From IMG/VR virus record IMGVR_UViG_3300036985_003045: a DNA stretch of 64,000 nucleotides. The stretch is one strand, 5' to 3'. The position numbers and the translations under genes are program-made. The stretch's first letter is position 1; each line of letters begins with the position of its first letter. The notes beneath the pieces are model-generated. The model was not told where the DNA came from, did no database searches, and worked only from the letters and a program-made list of their open reading frames with translations. Source of the DNA: a virus. Lineage: Duplodnaviria > Caudoviricetes. Of the stretch, positions 46,494 to 55,924 are shown piece after piece.

Positions 46494-49265
46494 CTATACA
46501 TAAAAAGTAAGTAAACCATTTGAACCAGAGGCAGGTTTACCGGAAGAATTAACATTCTTATCATCAATATAAGTTGTACAAAGTTTCATACTTCCTTTCA
46601 TTGAATATGATAAATGAATCCATACACTATTGCCTTTGTTTCTATACTCTAATATAACTTGATTATAAGGTAAGATCTTTTCTAACTTAACAGCTAATTC
46701 ATAATGTTCAGTTATATCTCTTGAAGATAATTGAATATCACATGCCTCGCCTTTATTATGAAAAGATCCTCCAGTTTCATTTCTTAATCCTGAATTGATA
46801 TTCCATATACCATTAGGATCTTGTTGTCTACTTGGTCCTATTTCAGCATAAACTTTTTCTAATATGTTTATACATAATGCTGAAAGGTTTGCAACTAATT
46901 GCTGTTTAGAATACACTCCATCTGGTAAAGTAGTATTTTTCAATACTTTACCTTGAGCACTCGTTAACATACCAAGAGTAAAGTTATCACTTAACTTATA
47001 ACTAGTTGGGAAGTCTGTCATGTTATTAATTTCAGTAAGTTTTTCGGCAGATAATTGAGTTCCTGCTCCAGTTCCTCCAGTAGCAGGAGATGAATCACCG
47101 GAAGTTCCTGCTTCATTACCATTATTTTCATAATCAGAAGTTCCAACCATACCTACTCTAGCCTTTTGGCCAGAAGCAGTGTTCCAATCATCTTCTGTTT
47201 CAAATTTAAATACTCCATCAGTATGTCTAGCCGGAGGCATCAAATTTGGTCCACCTTGTTGATGCGCAGAATCTGTAGGAGGTACAACTAATACATGGTT
47301 TTCCGAAACACCTGCAGTAGAAAGACTAGTTTTTCTTTCCATAGGTTCACTATATTTTGGATCATAAATGTCAGGTTGACTACCACCAAACAAACCAAGT
47401 AAACCGGAAGTTAATGGAATTTTATTTAATACTGAATCAACTACAGTTTTAGGTAATGTATTTGGATTATATGTTCCCATAGGAGTTAAGTAAGTATTAA
47501 CTAAAGTATTTTCACTACTTCTACCTGATATTTGATTACCGGCAAAATCTACTGGGACCTGTGATGTTCCTAATTTAGTTAACGCAGTTATTGAAGGAAA
47601 TGTAGTACTAGGATTATTATTTTCAATTTTAGGTGCTATCATTCCTATTGTATCTCCTGAACCTAGAGATATATTACCGGAAGTTTGTAATTGATATGAT
47701 GCACCTTTCATTTCAATAGTTCTGGCAATATCAAATTTCATTGAATCTGCTTTAATTTCAAAAGCCTTTTCAGTTTCAAATTTAATACTACTTGACATTT
47801 TTAATAATGTTTCAGCAGTAGAGGCAGTATCACCACCTTCTAAACTAATAGATTTTGCAGTTTTTAATTTTAAGGCATCTGTTGATTCTAATGACATTGT
47901 ACCTATAGCACGATGGTTTGATGTCTTACCAACTTCTACATTATAATTACCTTCAACTAATACATTATAATCGCCACCTACTGCAACATTTAAATCTTGT
48001 GCTACACCAATATTAACATTATTATGAAATACCGCATCAACCTGTCCGCATACTTCAAGATTTGCATCTCCTTGACAAAGGATATTCATTGGACCTGAAA
48101 CGGTTAAGTTGCATGTTCCTTTAATGAATATATTACCATTGTTTTCAGTAATGTAATATCCATCACCTACTATATAATTTACTTGGGAACCATTGGGATC
48201 TATTTCAATAAAAGTACCTTTACGATGGTATAAATTAATACGTTCACCTTCAGGACTATCATCAAATTCTAGAACATGTCCTGATTCAGACTCCATAACT
48301 TTGTTGTATGGATAAATGGTATTATATGCAGATTCAGGTTGATCATATGAACCACCATTTGCTAATGGTATATTTTTTGCTCTAGTTGCATCTTTAAATT
48401 TGACATGTGTATCTTCAATATTACCTCTAGCCAATCTATTAGTATCTGGTTCATTCATGAAATCACGTAAAGGATACTTTCCTTCAGGATCACAGAATCC
48501 AGTTTTGGAGAAATTACCAGATCTATCTTCTGTATAAGCTTCTCTTCTAGATGCAGGCAAAGCATTTATTTCTGCTTGAGTTCTAGTAGGTGTAGTTGAT
48601 ATAGCATCTTTATTAGTAGGCGCTGGAGCAGATTTACCACCTAAAAAATATTCATAATATTTTCTTTTAGTAGGCCAACCGCCTTTATGTCCACCTACTT
48701 TGCCTAATGCTACTTCAAAGAAATTGGGTTCCCATTGTAACTTTTCCCAATCTGAAATATTCATTTTAAAATATTCTACAACTGCTTTTGCACCAAATTC
48801 AGCAGATTGTTGTATTAATTCAGGTTGATTTATTAAATCAACACCTAATCTACTGCCAATTGCTTTATAATTACCTTTTAAGGTTAATTGTATATACCCT
48901 CTACCATAATATTGACCATCAGCAGGACTAAGTCCTCTTTTAGTACCATAAATAAATCCAAAGAATTCTTGTTTAGAATATTTTTCAGGTTTATTATTCC
49001 ATAGATCTGCTTCTTCTTGTGTAATCTTAGGCCATACTACTCTAATTCTTGTAGCAGAATATACGTGATCTTCAGCGGAAGTATGCATCCATTTACTTTC
49101 TACGCCGGCAATACCAAGCATAGCACATTTAGCATATTTTGATTTGAATCCACCTTCCTCACACGCAGCAATTATTGCCTCAATACCTGCTACAGAACCT
49201 TGAGTTGCACCTGATCCAGCAGGAGGAGTTGAAGGTATAGGCGTTTTTTCTATTGCATCTGCCAT
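46494..49265 (-). CDS. gp5: gp5 C-terminal part: GH19 lysozyme/chitinase-like domain + beta-helix spike + M15 peptidase
   Basis: YYGRGYIQLT (GH19); YPYNKVMESESGHVLEFDDSPEGERINLYHRKGTFIEI and VxG octapeptide repeats (gp5); SFHNKGEACD and WIHLSY (M15 H-x6-D...H). Confidence 0.85.
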   Translation of the reverse strand: MADAIEKTPIPSTPPAGSGATQGSVAGIEAIIAACEEGGFKSKYAKCAMLGIAGVESKWMHTSAEDHVYSATRIRVVWPKITQEEADLWNNKPEKYSKQEFFGFIYGTKRGLSPADGQYYGRGYIQLTLKGNYKAIGSRLGVDLINQPELIQQSAEFGAKAVVEYFKMNISDWEKLQWEPNFFEVALGKVGGHKGGWPTKRKYYEYFLGGKSAPAPTNKDAISTTPTRTQAEINALPASRREAYTEDRSGNFSKTGFCDPEGKYPLRDFMNEPDTNRLARGNIEDTHVKFKDATRAKNIPLANGGSYDQPESAYNTIYPYNKVMESESGHVLEFDDSPEGERINLYHRKGTFIEIDPNGSQVNYIVGDGYYITENNGNIFIKGTCNLTVSGPMNILCQGDANLEVCGQVDAVFHNNVNIGVAQDLNVAVGGDYNVLVEGNYNVEVGKTSNHRAIGTMSLESTDALKLKTAKSISLEGGDTASTAETLLKMSSSIKFETEKAFEIKADSMKFDIARTIEMKGASYQLQTSGNISLGSGDTIGMIAPKIENNNPSTTFPSITALTKLGTSQVPVDFAGNQISGRSSENTLVNTYLTPMGTYNPNTLPKTVVDSVLNKIPLTSGLLGLFGGSQPDIYDPKYSEPMERKTSLSTAGVSENHVLVVPPTDSAHQQGGPNLMPPARHTDGVFKFETEDDWNTASGQKARVGMVGTSDYENNGNEAGTSGDSSPATGGTGAGTQLSAEKLTEINNMTDFPTSYKLSDNFTLGMLTSAQGKVLKNTTLPDGVYSKQQLVANLSALCINILEKVYAEIGPSRQQDPNGIWNINSGLRNETGGSFHNKGEACDIQLSSRDITEHYELAVKLEKILPYNQVILEYRNKGNSVWIHLSYSMKGSMKLCTTYIDDKNVNSSGKPASGSNGLLTFYV

Positions 49266-49274
49266 TATAAATCC

Positions 49275-49949
49275 TTAAAAGTTCTTATCAAAATAGGTTG
49301 TAATTTCTTCTGTAGTTCCAAATGTTTTAGGATTAACATCTGTAAACGGCAAATATTGTTCTTTTGTATAATTATCCGGCCGTTTTAATAAGACAGAATA
49401 TAATTCGGTAGTTTCATCATAAGTTGATGTGGCAATAGGTGTTATATTTGATTTAGGTGTTATATTATATGTCGTAGTTCCATTTTCAGATATAGCAGAT
49501 AATTCATATTTAGTTCCTGTAGATTGTACTATTGATGCGCCTGGAGTTTCATACGCAATTATTGCATCTACAGCATCAGTTAATATATCTCCCTTTGGGT
49601 TAACAAGTTCACCAGTATCATCTGTTGAAATAATATTATTAGTTGCATCATTAATAAATGATACAGTTTTAGTACTTGGTATACCACCTATTGTTCCAAG
49701 CATTATAGGTTGTTGATTATCAGAATCTAGGAATATACAAATTACCCAAGAACCTGGTACTACTCCTGTAGGAGACCAACCAAGACCTGATATAGAAGCA
49801 GAATTAATAGGCATCATAGGATATGCCCAAGGTAAATCATCAGTCGGTAATACTGTTTTGTCTTCTGTATGAAGACCTACAATACGAACTTGACATCTAC
49901 CTAATTTAAGCGGATCAATTCTATTCTCTACACAACCAAGATGAAACAT
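49275..49949 (-). CDS. gp5: gp5 N-terminal OB-fold part, encoded as a separate ORF
   Basis: GCVENRIDPLKLGRCQVRIVGLH...DDLPWA...GSWVICIFLD...QQPIMLGTIGG. Confidence 0.85.
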   Translation of the reverse strand: MFHLGCVENRIDPLKLGRCQVRIVGLHTEDKTVLPTDDLPWAYPMMPINSASISGLGWSPTGVVPGSWVICIFLDSDNQQPIMLGTIGGIPSTKTVSFINDATNNIISTDDTGELVNPKGDILTDAVDAIIAYETPGASIVQSTGTKYELSAISENGTTTYNITPKSNITPIATSTYDETTELYSVLLKRPDNYTKEQYLPFTDVNPKTFGTTEEITTYFDKNF

Positions 49950-51229
49950 TATTTGCTCCTATTCAAATCTATCAATAAACTTTCTTTTACTATTTCCATA
50001 GTACATTCATGTATGTTTCTATTAATATAATGATTAACTGCCGCTATGATATACGCACCTGAAAACATTTGATCTTGTGTTTCAGTATCTTCTTTTGTTA
50101 CGGGTTCAATCTTATATAAATTTAATACTATTCTTAGACCAACAGTATAATCTAATCTGCCTGGAACAACTATTTCTACTTTATTTGCATCTATTTGGGC
50201 AAATGAAGATACTCTATTCTGTATAATTGACGCATTTGTAACATCACCGTATTCATTGAAGTTGCCAGTATACTTTGACATAGACATAATAAATGAATTA
50301 TGCCGGTATATAGATTTATTAGAAGCTAATGGATATTTATTTAGATGATTATATGATTCAAATGATTCAATCATATCATAATTAGTATTATTATATTTCT
50401 TTGTGGTAATATCATATGTAAATAATCTTGAACCAAACATACCTCCTCTGGCTCTTTCTACATAATCATATGCAGTAGGAATAGAAATACTTCTAATACG
50501 TTTATAATCTTCTGTTACATTTCTAACAGTGGCAGTACCATATGATTTATTATCACGAATATAATTATCATATAAAAATCCTTGAAAGACTTTTGCATTA
50601 TATAATGATTCTAATGATACAAAGTTAAACCCATATCTATTTTCAAAAAACAAATAAGAACCTGATCCATTTTTATTAGTTGAAATTTCACTTACATTGT
50701 TGATATTTTTAATAGGTGACCAAAAGTTAGAAATAAATTTTGTTGAATTATTAGTTTCTTCAACATTTATTTCTTTAGTTACTTGTAATCCAACATCAGG
50801 ATCTTGTAATAGTGTTTTGATAATTTCTGAACACTTGCCTGAAAATGACTTACTTATCTTCTTATTAATATCAACAATAGCTTCTGTAGATATAAAATGC
50901 AAAGTATAGATAGTTGCTCTATTTCCAACCATTGTTCTATTTGACATTTTATAAATGTAAAATTTGCCGTCTATATTACCCTTTTCAAGAGTAGGAGTAG
51001 TTAATTTAAGTTCAAGAAACTCTTCTCCATTAAAAGGAAATACATTCATTAAATCCAGTGAATCTCGTATCTCTAAAGTTCCAGTTATAAAAGGCGAAAA
51101 TATATCTTCAAATATTTGTATTCCTATAACTTGGTTAGTAATATTCTGATAAAATTTCTGAGCAGTAGTTATCTGAACCAACTCAATATTAATATCACCG
51201 GCTTTTGAAATTTGTTCTGAAGAATTCAT
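49949..51229 (-). CDS. Probable baseplate hub protein (gp27-like)
   Basis: IFEDIFSPFITGTLEIRDSLDL...GEEFLEL, YLFFENRYGF, VVPG...VG; position between gp53 and gp5. Confidence 0.6.
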   Translation of the reverse strand: MNSSEQISKAGDINIELVQITTAQKFYQNITNQVIGIQIFEDIFSPFITGTLEIRDSLDLMNVFPFNGEEFLELKLTTPTLEKGNIDGKFYIYKMSNRTMVGNRATIYTLHFISTEAIVDINKKISKSFSGKCSEIIKTLLQDPDVGLQVTKEINVEETNNSTKFISNFWSPIKNINNVSEISTNKNGSGSYLFFENRYGFNFVSLESLYNAKVFQGFLYDNYIRDNKSYGTATVRNVTEDYKRIRSISIPTAYDYVERARGGMFGSRLFTYDITTKKYNNTNYDMIESFESYNHLNKYPLASNKSIYRHNSFIMSMSKYTGNFNEYGDVTNASIIQNRVSSFAQIDANKVEIVVPGRLDYTVGLRIVLNLYKIEPVTKEDTETQDQMFSGAYIIAAVNHYINRNIHECTMEIVKESLLIDLNRSK

Positions 51230-51720
51230 TATATTATTTTCTTAAATTCAGTTATTATTTGTTCAATGATGCTTTTTGGTACAACTTTTATTCTTCTTTT
51301 AGATTCATTAAGTAACTCTTCATATTGATAGTTAGTAATAGAAGAAGCGCCAACACTTGTAGAATCTACAATATATCCATTACTATCTTCATAATGATGT
51401 ATATTATGCATAGTAGTACCATATGAATTAATAATATGTTTTTCTAAATCATAATATGATAATGGGAAGTCATTAAGATAATCATATTTTTCATTGACTA
51501 ACATAATTATCCAATGATAGTTTGGATTATCATATAACTTTTCTGCTATATGTTCAGGTGTTTCATTATCTACTATATCATACTCATCATATACAGTTAT
51601 ATTTGCTAGTACATCTCTACGAAATCTGATATTACGAGTAATATCTCTTAAGTATATAGCAGTATCTTTACCTCCTATATCAAAATCATATATCATATTA
51701 GGAAAATTCTTAAAGTACAT
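51229..51720 (-). CDS. gp53: Baseplate wedge subunit gp53
   Basis: MYFKNFP, LysM-like ETPEHIAEKLY...HWIIMLVN, YEELLNESKRRIK. Confidence 0.9.
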   Translation of the reverse strand: MYFKNFPNMIYDFDIGGKDTAIYLRDITRNIRFRRDVLANITVYDEYDIVDNETPEHIAEKLYDNPNYHWIIMLVNEKYDYLNDFPLSYYDLEKHIINSYGTTMHNIHHYEDSNGYIVDSTSVGASSITNYQYEELLNESKRRIKVVPKSIIEQIITEFKKII

Positions 51721-52778
51721 TAGTAACCTCTATCTTGAATAGCTTCTTTTGTTGGAGATGTAAGTTCTTTAAATGACATAGTGATAGCAATTTGTGTAGG
51801 CATACCATTAGCAAATGTAGTAAAATTACCGTTTGGAGTATAATTTACACTTAATTCTGTCAATACACACGATGGATGTCTATGAATATATTGATTAAGT
51901 CCATTACCTGAGAAGTAACTTATATCAAACTCAGAGGGATAAACATATAAAAAATTATTTGTATCATTCTTATATTCAGGTAACATATGAAATTTCAACT
52001 GATAAATTATATTATATACATGTTCAGCTTCTTTTTCATCTCTTGGAAAGAAATTGTAATCAAAGGAAAAGGTTCTAAAGTCAACACCCTTGAATACCAT
52101 TTCTCTCTTTGGATTACCTGCCAAACCAGTTCTTGCAGATATAGTACCCATTTTTTGTAAAGCTTCAGATGCTGCAATAGATCCAGCATTGTTACCTAAT
52201 ATACTACCTGCGTTTTTAGTAGATTCAGGAATCATATTGGATAACTTTACATCTTTTAAAGATTTTAACAAACCAATAGCATCTTCACCTATTTGAGATA
52301 ATGCTTCAGTTGTTCCGGTGTCTTCTTCTGACCAAGAAGTAGCATATCTAATATTTAAAGTATTTGGCATGTGTAAAGCAATTGCAGTTTTTAATCTTTT
52401 TTGCTCTCTAGTAGTAGTTCCTGCTATATCACCCGCTACCCAAGCCGCAGCACCACCAATAGCAGTAGCACCTGTAGCAATACTTGCGAATCCACCTAAT
52501 ACGCCGGCAAAAAGACCTCCCATAGCAGTATTTAATGCTCCAGAAATAGCAGAATTTATATTAGAAATAGGTCTACCTATAAGTAATCCTCTATCTCTAG
52601 GAATATCCAAATCTTTCATATCATATGTTTGATTTGGTGGAGGTAAAAACTTAGATGCTGTAGCAACATTAATGTAAAGCACAACCATATTACCACCATA
52701 TTCTGGAGATTGAAGATCTGCCGGATATGATAAACTGGTAATATCGTACTTGTCATTTGTGTAATCTAAATATGACAT
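51720..52778 (-). CDS. gp48: Baseplate tail-tube cap gp48
   Basis: IALHMPNTL, NPKREMVFKGVDFRTFSFDYNFFP, YPSEFDI, CVLTELSVNYTP, FKEL. Confidence 0.88.
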   Translation of the reverse strand: MSYLDYTNDKYDITSLSYPADLQSPEYGGNMVVLYINVATASKFLPPPNQTYDMKDLDIPRDRGLLIGRPISNINSAISGALNTAMGGLFAGVLGGFASIATGATAIGGAAAWVAGDIAGTTTREQKRLKTAIALHMPNTLNIRYATSWSEEDTGTTEALSQIGEDAIGLLKSLKDVKLSNMIPESTKNAGSILGNNAGSIAASEALQKMGTISARTGLAGNPKREMVFKGVDFRTFSFDYNFFPRDEKEAEHVYNIIYQLKFHMLPEYKNDTNNFLYVYPSEFDISYFSGNGLNQYIHRHPSCVLTELSVNYTPNGNFTTFANGMPTQIAITMSFKELTSPTKEAIQDRGY

Positions 52779-52789
52779 TATTATGAACC

Positions 52790-52797
52790 TATAAATA
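52790..52797 (+). promoter_or_regulatory. Late promoter TATAAATA (gp4 operon)
   Basis: Exact consensus upstream of gp4. Confidence 0.75.
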
Positions 52798-52814
52798 TTA
52801 TGGTTTTATTTACT

Positions 52815-52822
52815 TATTTATA
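52815..52822 (-). promoter_or_regulatory. Late promoter TATAAATA (gp48 operon)
   Basis: Exact consensus; faces the + strand promoter at 52790. Confidence 0.75.
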
Positions 52823-52827
52823 TTAAA

Positions 52828-53277
52828 ATGGCGAAGTATCATCAGGGAATCTATAAACCAAAACATCCAAATAAATATATGGGTGATCCTACTAATGTAG
52901 TTTATAGATCCTCATGGGAATTAAAATTTATGAATTGGTGCGACCTTGCAACTTCAGTTGTTAATTGGCAATCAGAAGAAACTATTGTACCATATATATG
53001 TGCAACTGATAATAGGTGGCATAGATACTTTTTAGATTTCCGTATTCAAGTACGAAATAGAGAAGGTAAACTAAAAACTTACTTAGTTGAAATTAAACCG
53101 CACGGCCAAACTATGCCTCCAAAATATCCAGGAAGACAAACAAAAAGATACTTAAATGAATCTATGACATTTATGAAAAATCAATCAAAATGGGATGCTG
53201 CTAAAACTTATGCAACAGATCGTAATTGGGAATTTGTAATATTAACAGAACATCATCTTGGATTAACTAATAAATAG
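52828..53277 (+). CDS. gp4: Head completion nuclease gp4
   Basis: YKPKHPNKYMGDPTNVVYRSSWE, HRYFLDF, LVEIKP, NQSKWDAA, FVILTE. Confidence 0.93.
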   Translation: MAKYHQGIYKPKHPNKYMGDPTNVVYRSSWELKFMNWCDLATSVVNWQSEETIVPYICATDNRWHRYFLDFRIQVRNREGKLKTYLVEIKPHGQTMPPKYPGRQTKRYLNESMTFMKNQSKWDAAKTYATDRNWEFVILTEHHLGLTNK

Positions 53278-53280
53278 TAT

Positions 53281-53886
53281 ATGGCAAATATAAAAGAACC
53301 CACATTGTTAGATGTATTTGAGAAAAACAAATATAGTCTACCCCAAGCATCAAAGGCTAGCAAAAGTTGGTTTGATCAGCAGATATTGCTATTACATCAT
53401 CAACATATAAATGGAAGTAATGTATTAAAGACTGCTCCACAATTTACCTCGATAGGTAAAATAATGCCGGGAAAGTTATATTTGTACAGATATGATGCTA
53501 AACATAAATCGACATTACAATATTGGGATATGTTTCCTTTAGTATTTCCTTATGAGAAAACAAAGGATGGATTCTATGGTTTGAATTTTCATTATTTACC
53601 TTATCAATTAAGAATTAAACTTCTTGATAAGATGATGGTATTTGCAACTAATAAGAATATGGATGAAAATACTAGATTAAGATATTCTTGGCAATTGATA
53701 TCCGGTATATCGAAGTTTAAGTTTGCAGAACCATGTATTCATAGATATTTAAACTCGCATATACGTACTCAATGCAGAGAAATTACAGCCAACAATTGGG
53801 CAACTGCTATGATGTTACCAGTAGAAGGATTTGTAGGTGCTAACAAGGCTAAAGTTTGGCAAGAGTCAAAAAGGATGATGAATTAA
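53281..53886 (+). CDS. gp2: DNA end protector gp2
   Basis: YRYDAKHK..LQYWDMFPLVF, GLNFHYLP...R..LL, CIHRYL. Confidence 0.9.
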   Translation: MANIKEPTLLDVFEKNKYSLPQASKASKSWFDQQILLLHHQHINGSNVLKTAPQFTSIGKIMPGKLYLYRYDAKHKSTLQYWDMFPLVFPYEKTKDGFYGLNFHYLPYQLRIKLLDKMMVFATNKNMDENTRLRYSWQLISGISKFKFAEPCIHRYLNSHIRTQCREITANNWATAMMLPVEGFVGANKAKVWQESKRMMN

Positions 53887-54578
53887 TGAGTCTACTATCA
53901 GATTTTATATCGGAAGTAAAAGTATCTGGGTTAATGAGAACTGCACGATATTCAGTTATTATGCCATTAATTTTATCAGACACTAATGAAAACAAAGATC
54001 CAAAACTAGTTTCTATGTTTTGTGACCAAGTACAAATACCAGGATTAAATTATAATACTACTCCAAATCTAACATATGGTGAAACAAGAGAAGCACCTTA
54101 TCAAAGAATGTTTGATAACCTTTCTCTTTCATTTTATGTAGATAATGAAATGAAAGTAAAGAAATACTTTGATGATTGGCAATATAGTATACAAAATCCA
54201 GTTACAAGATCATTTAATTATTATGCAAATTATATAAAACCTATACAAATTGGTGTAGAAGATATTGCAAGTAAAACTAAATATATGGTTGAGTTAAGAG
54301 AATGCTATCCTAAAACAGTAGGTACTATTCAAATGGATTCAGCATCAAAGGACTTAATGAAACTATCAGTAACTTTAGCATATAAGTATTGGATACCGAT
54401 AGGTGGATATACATATGATGACACAGATTTATTAAATAAAACAAATGATGGATTATTTTCCGAAATTGCCGGCGTATTTAACGGAATTGCAAGTTCTCCT
54501 GTAGGAGGTTTACTAATGAATTATGGTTTAACCGGTTTACAAAATAAACTTACAACAATTGCTGGATATAACGCATAA
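53886..54578 (+). CDS. gp19-family tail-tube initiator (gp54-like); probable start at ATG 53886 rather than 53856
   Basis: GLMRTARYSV, FCDQVQIPG, YGETREAPY...F, FDDWQ, ECYPKTVG; ATG overlaps the gp2 stop. Confidence 0.75.
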   Translation: MSLLSDFISEVKVSGLMRTARYSVIMPLILSDTNENKDPKLVSMFCDQVQIPGLNYNTTPNLTYGETREAPYQRMFDNLSLSFYVDNEMKVKKYFDDWQYSIQNPVTRSFNYYANYIKPIQIGVEDIASKTKYMVELRECYPKTVGTIQMDSASKDLMKLSVTLAYKYWIPIGGYTYDDTDLLNKTNDGLFSEIAGVFNGIASSPVGGLLMNYGLTGLQNKLTTIAGYNA

Positions 54579-54586
54579 ATATTACT

Positions 54587-55021
54587 ATGAAAATGGATGA
54601 TAAATTATCAGAAATATTTGACTTGGAACCTATAGAATATACAAAGATTGCACCTCGTAATGATGATATAGTTCCTATTAAGCATGGAACTCAGGACGAA
54701 TATATCGAAAATGATTTCGATCACGTCCGCGGAAATATTAAGGAGTTGTTATCGACAGGGAGGTCGGCCCTTTATGATATGATCGAGGTAGCTAAACAAA
54801 GCGAACATCCTCGAGCATACGAAGTAGTTGGTACATTAATGAAGCAAGTTGCTGATATGAACCAACAATTGTTAGATGTACATGCACAGAAACAAAAACT
54901 GTCAGGTACAGAAAAGAAAAAAGAAGAACCCGCAAGTCAAGTTACAAACAACAATGCTATATTTGTTGGAAGTACTAACGACTTGGCAACAATGATTCAT
55001 AATATGCATAAAGGAGAATAA
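54587..55021 (+). CDS. gp16: Terminase small subunit gp16
   Basis: DFDHVRGNI..L...G..AL..M..VAKQSEHPRAYEVVGTLMK, TNNNAIFVGST.DL. Confidence 0.88.
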   Translation: MKMDDKLSEIFDLEPIEYTKIAPRNDDIVPIKHGTQDEYIENDFDHVRGNIKELLSTGRSALYDMIEVAKQSEHPRAYEVVGTLMKQVADMNQQLLDVHAQKQKLSGTEKKKEEPASQVTNNNAIFVGSTNDLATMIHNMHKGE

Positions 55022-55025
55022 TACA

Positions 55026-55739
55026 ATGGCATTGCCAGTTAATAGTACACCGATATATCAATTAACTATACCTTCAACAAATAAAGAAGTTAAGTATAGG
55101 TCATTTCTTGTAAAAGAAGAAAAGGCATTATTGATTGCTCAACAAAGTGAAGATCCAAATATAATGGTTAATACTTTGCAAGAAGTCATTAAGTCTTGTA
55201 TAAAAGATGATATTGATATTAATAAATTAGCAATGTTTGACCTTGAGTATATCTTTACTCAAATTAGGGCAAAGTCAGTAGGCGAAGAAGTTGAATTAGT
55301 TTTTAAATGTCAGCACTGTGATGATCCTAATGCCAAGGTAAAAGTTAAGTTTGATTTAACCCAACTTGAAGTAAAAAAAGATCCTACCCATACTAATAAA
55401 ATAGAGTTATTTAATAATGTAGGTATTGTATTAAAATACCCAAGTATTAATATAATTAAGAAATTAGAAGATATTAGTACAAATAATGTAGATGATATAT
55501 TTAAAATAATTATTGACTGTATTGATTACATTTATGATGATGAACAATTATATCATGCAACTGATACAACTCAAACAGAATTAAAAGAATTTTTAAATAA
55601 TTTAACAACAGAACAATTTGGCAAACTTCAGAAGTTCTTTGAAACTATGCCAAAGATTACAAAAGATATTGAATATACATGTCCTATATGTGGTGCCCAT
55701 AATGAAGCAACCTTGAGTGGTATACAATCTTTTTTCTAG
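55026..55739 (+). CDS. gp26: Baseplate hub assembly protein gp26
   Basis: MALP...P.Y.LTIPST...YRSFLVKEEKALLIA, FDLEYIFTQIRAKSVGE, CxxC pairs, FFETMPK, LSGIQSFF. Confidence 0.9.
   Translation: MALPVNSTPIYQLTIPSTNKEVKYRSFLVKEEKALLIAQQSEDPNIMVNTLQEVIKSCIKDDIDINKLAMFDLEYIFTQIRAKSVGEEVELVFKCQHCDDPNAKVKVKFDLTQLEVKKDPTHTNKIELFNNVGIVLKYPSINIIKKLEDISTNNVDDIFKIIIDCIDYIYDDEQLYHATDTTQTELKEFLNNLTTEQFGKLQKFFETMPKITKDIEYTCPICGAHNEATLSGIQSFF
55730..55736 (+). other. Candidate -1 programmed ribosomal frameshift site T TTT TTC
   Basis: X XXY YYZ heptamer on the last two gp26 codons; -1 frame is open into gp51. Confidence 0.6.
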
Positions 55740-55762
55740 TAAATCTCAGTCATGAATCATTG

Positions 55763-55924
55763 ATGAATTATTATAAAATGAATTTTGCTTTAATGCATCA
55801 CCACAAATATTCGTTGACTGAGATAGAAAATTTAATACCGTTTGAGAAAGAAATATATGTTGCTTTGTTAATAAACTATTTGGAAGAAGAAAAACAAAGG
55901 ATTCAGAGTAAACAAAATGGCTAA
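55763..55924 (+). CDS. gp51: Baseplate hub assembly catalyst gp51 (53 aa; not in the ORF track)
   Basis: Manual translation MNYYKMNFALMHHHKYSLTEIENLIPFEKEIYVALLINYLEEEKQRIQSKQNG. Confidence 0.82.
   Translation: MNYYKMNFALMHHHKYSLTEIENLIPFEKEIYVALLINYLEEEKQRIQSKQNG

Noticed and set aside
49266-49277. Stop-codon reassignment or read-through joining the two gp5 ORFs
   Set aside because: The stop is TAA, the genome's commonest terminator, and it overlaps a good SD for the downstream ATG; other genes end normally at TAA/TAG/TGA, so there is no sign of recoding
53856-53885. ORF-track start of the gp54-like gene at 53856
   Set aside because: It overlaps gp2 by 31 nt; the ATG at 53886, coupled to the gp2 stop, is more plausible
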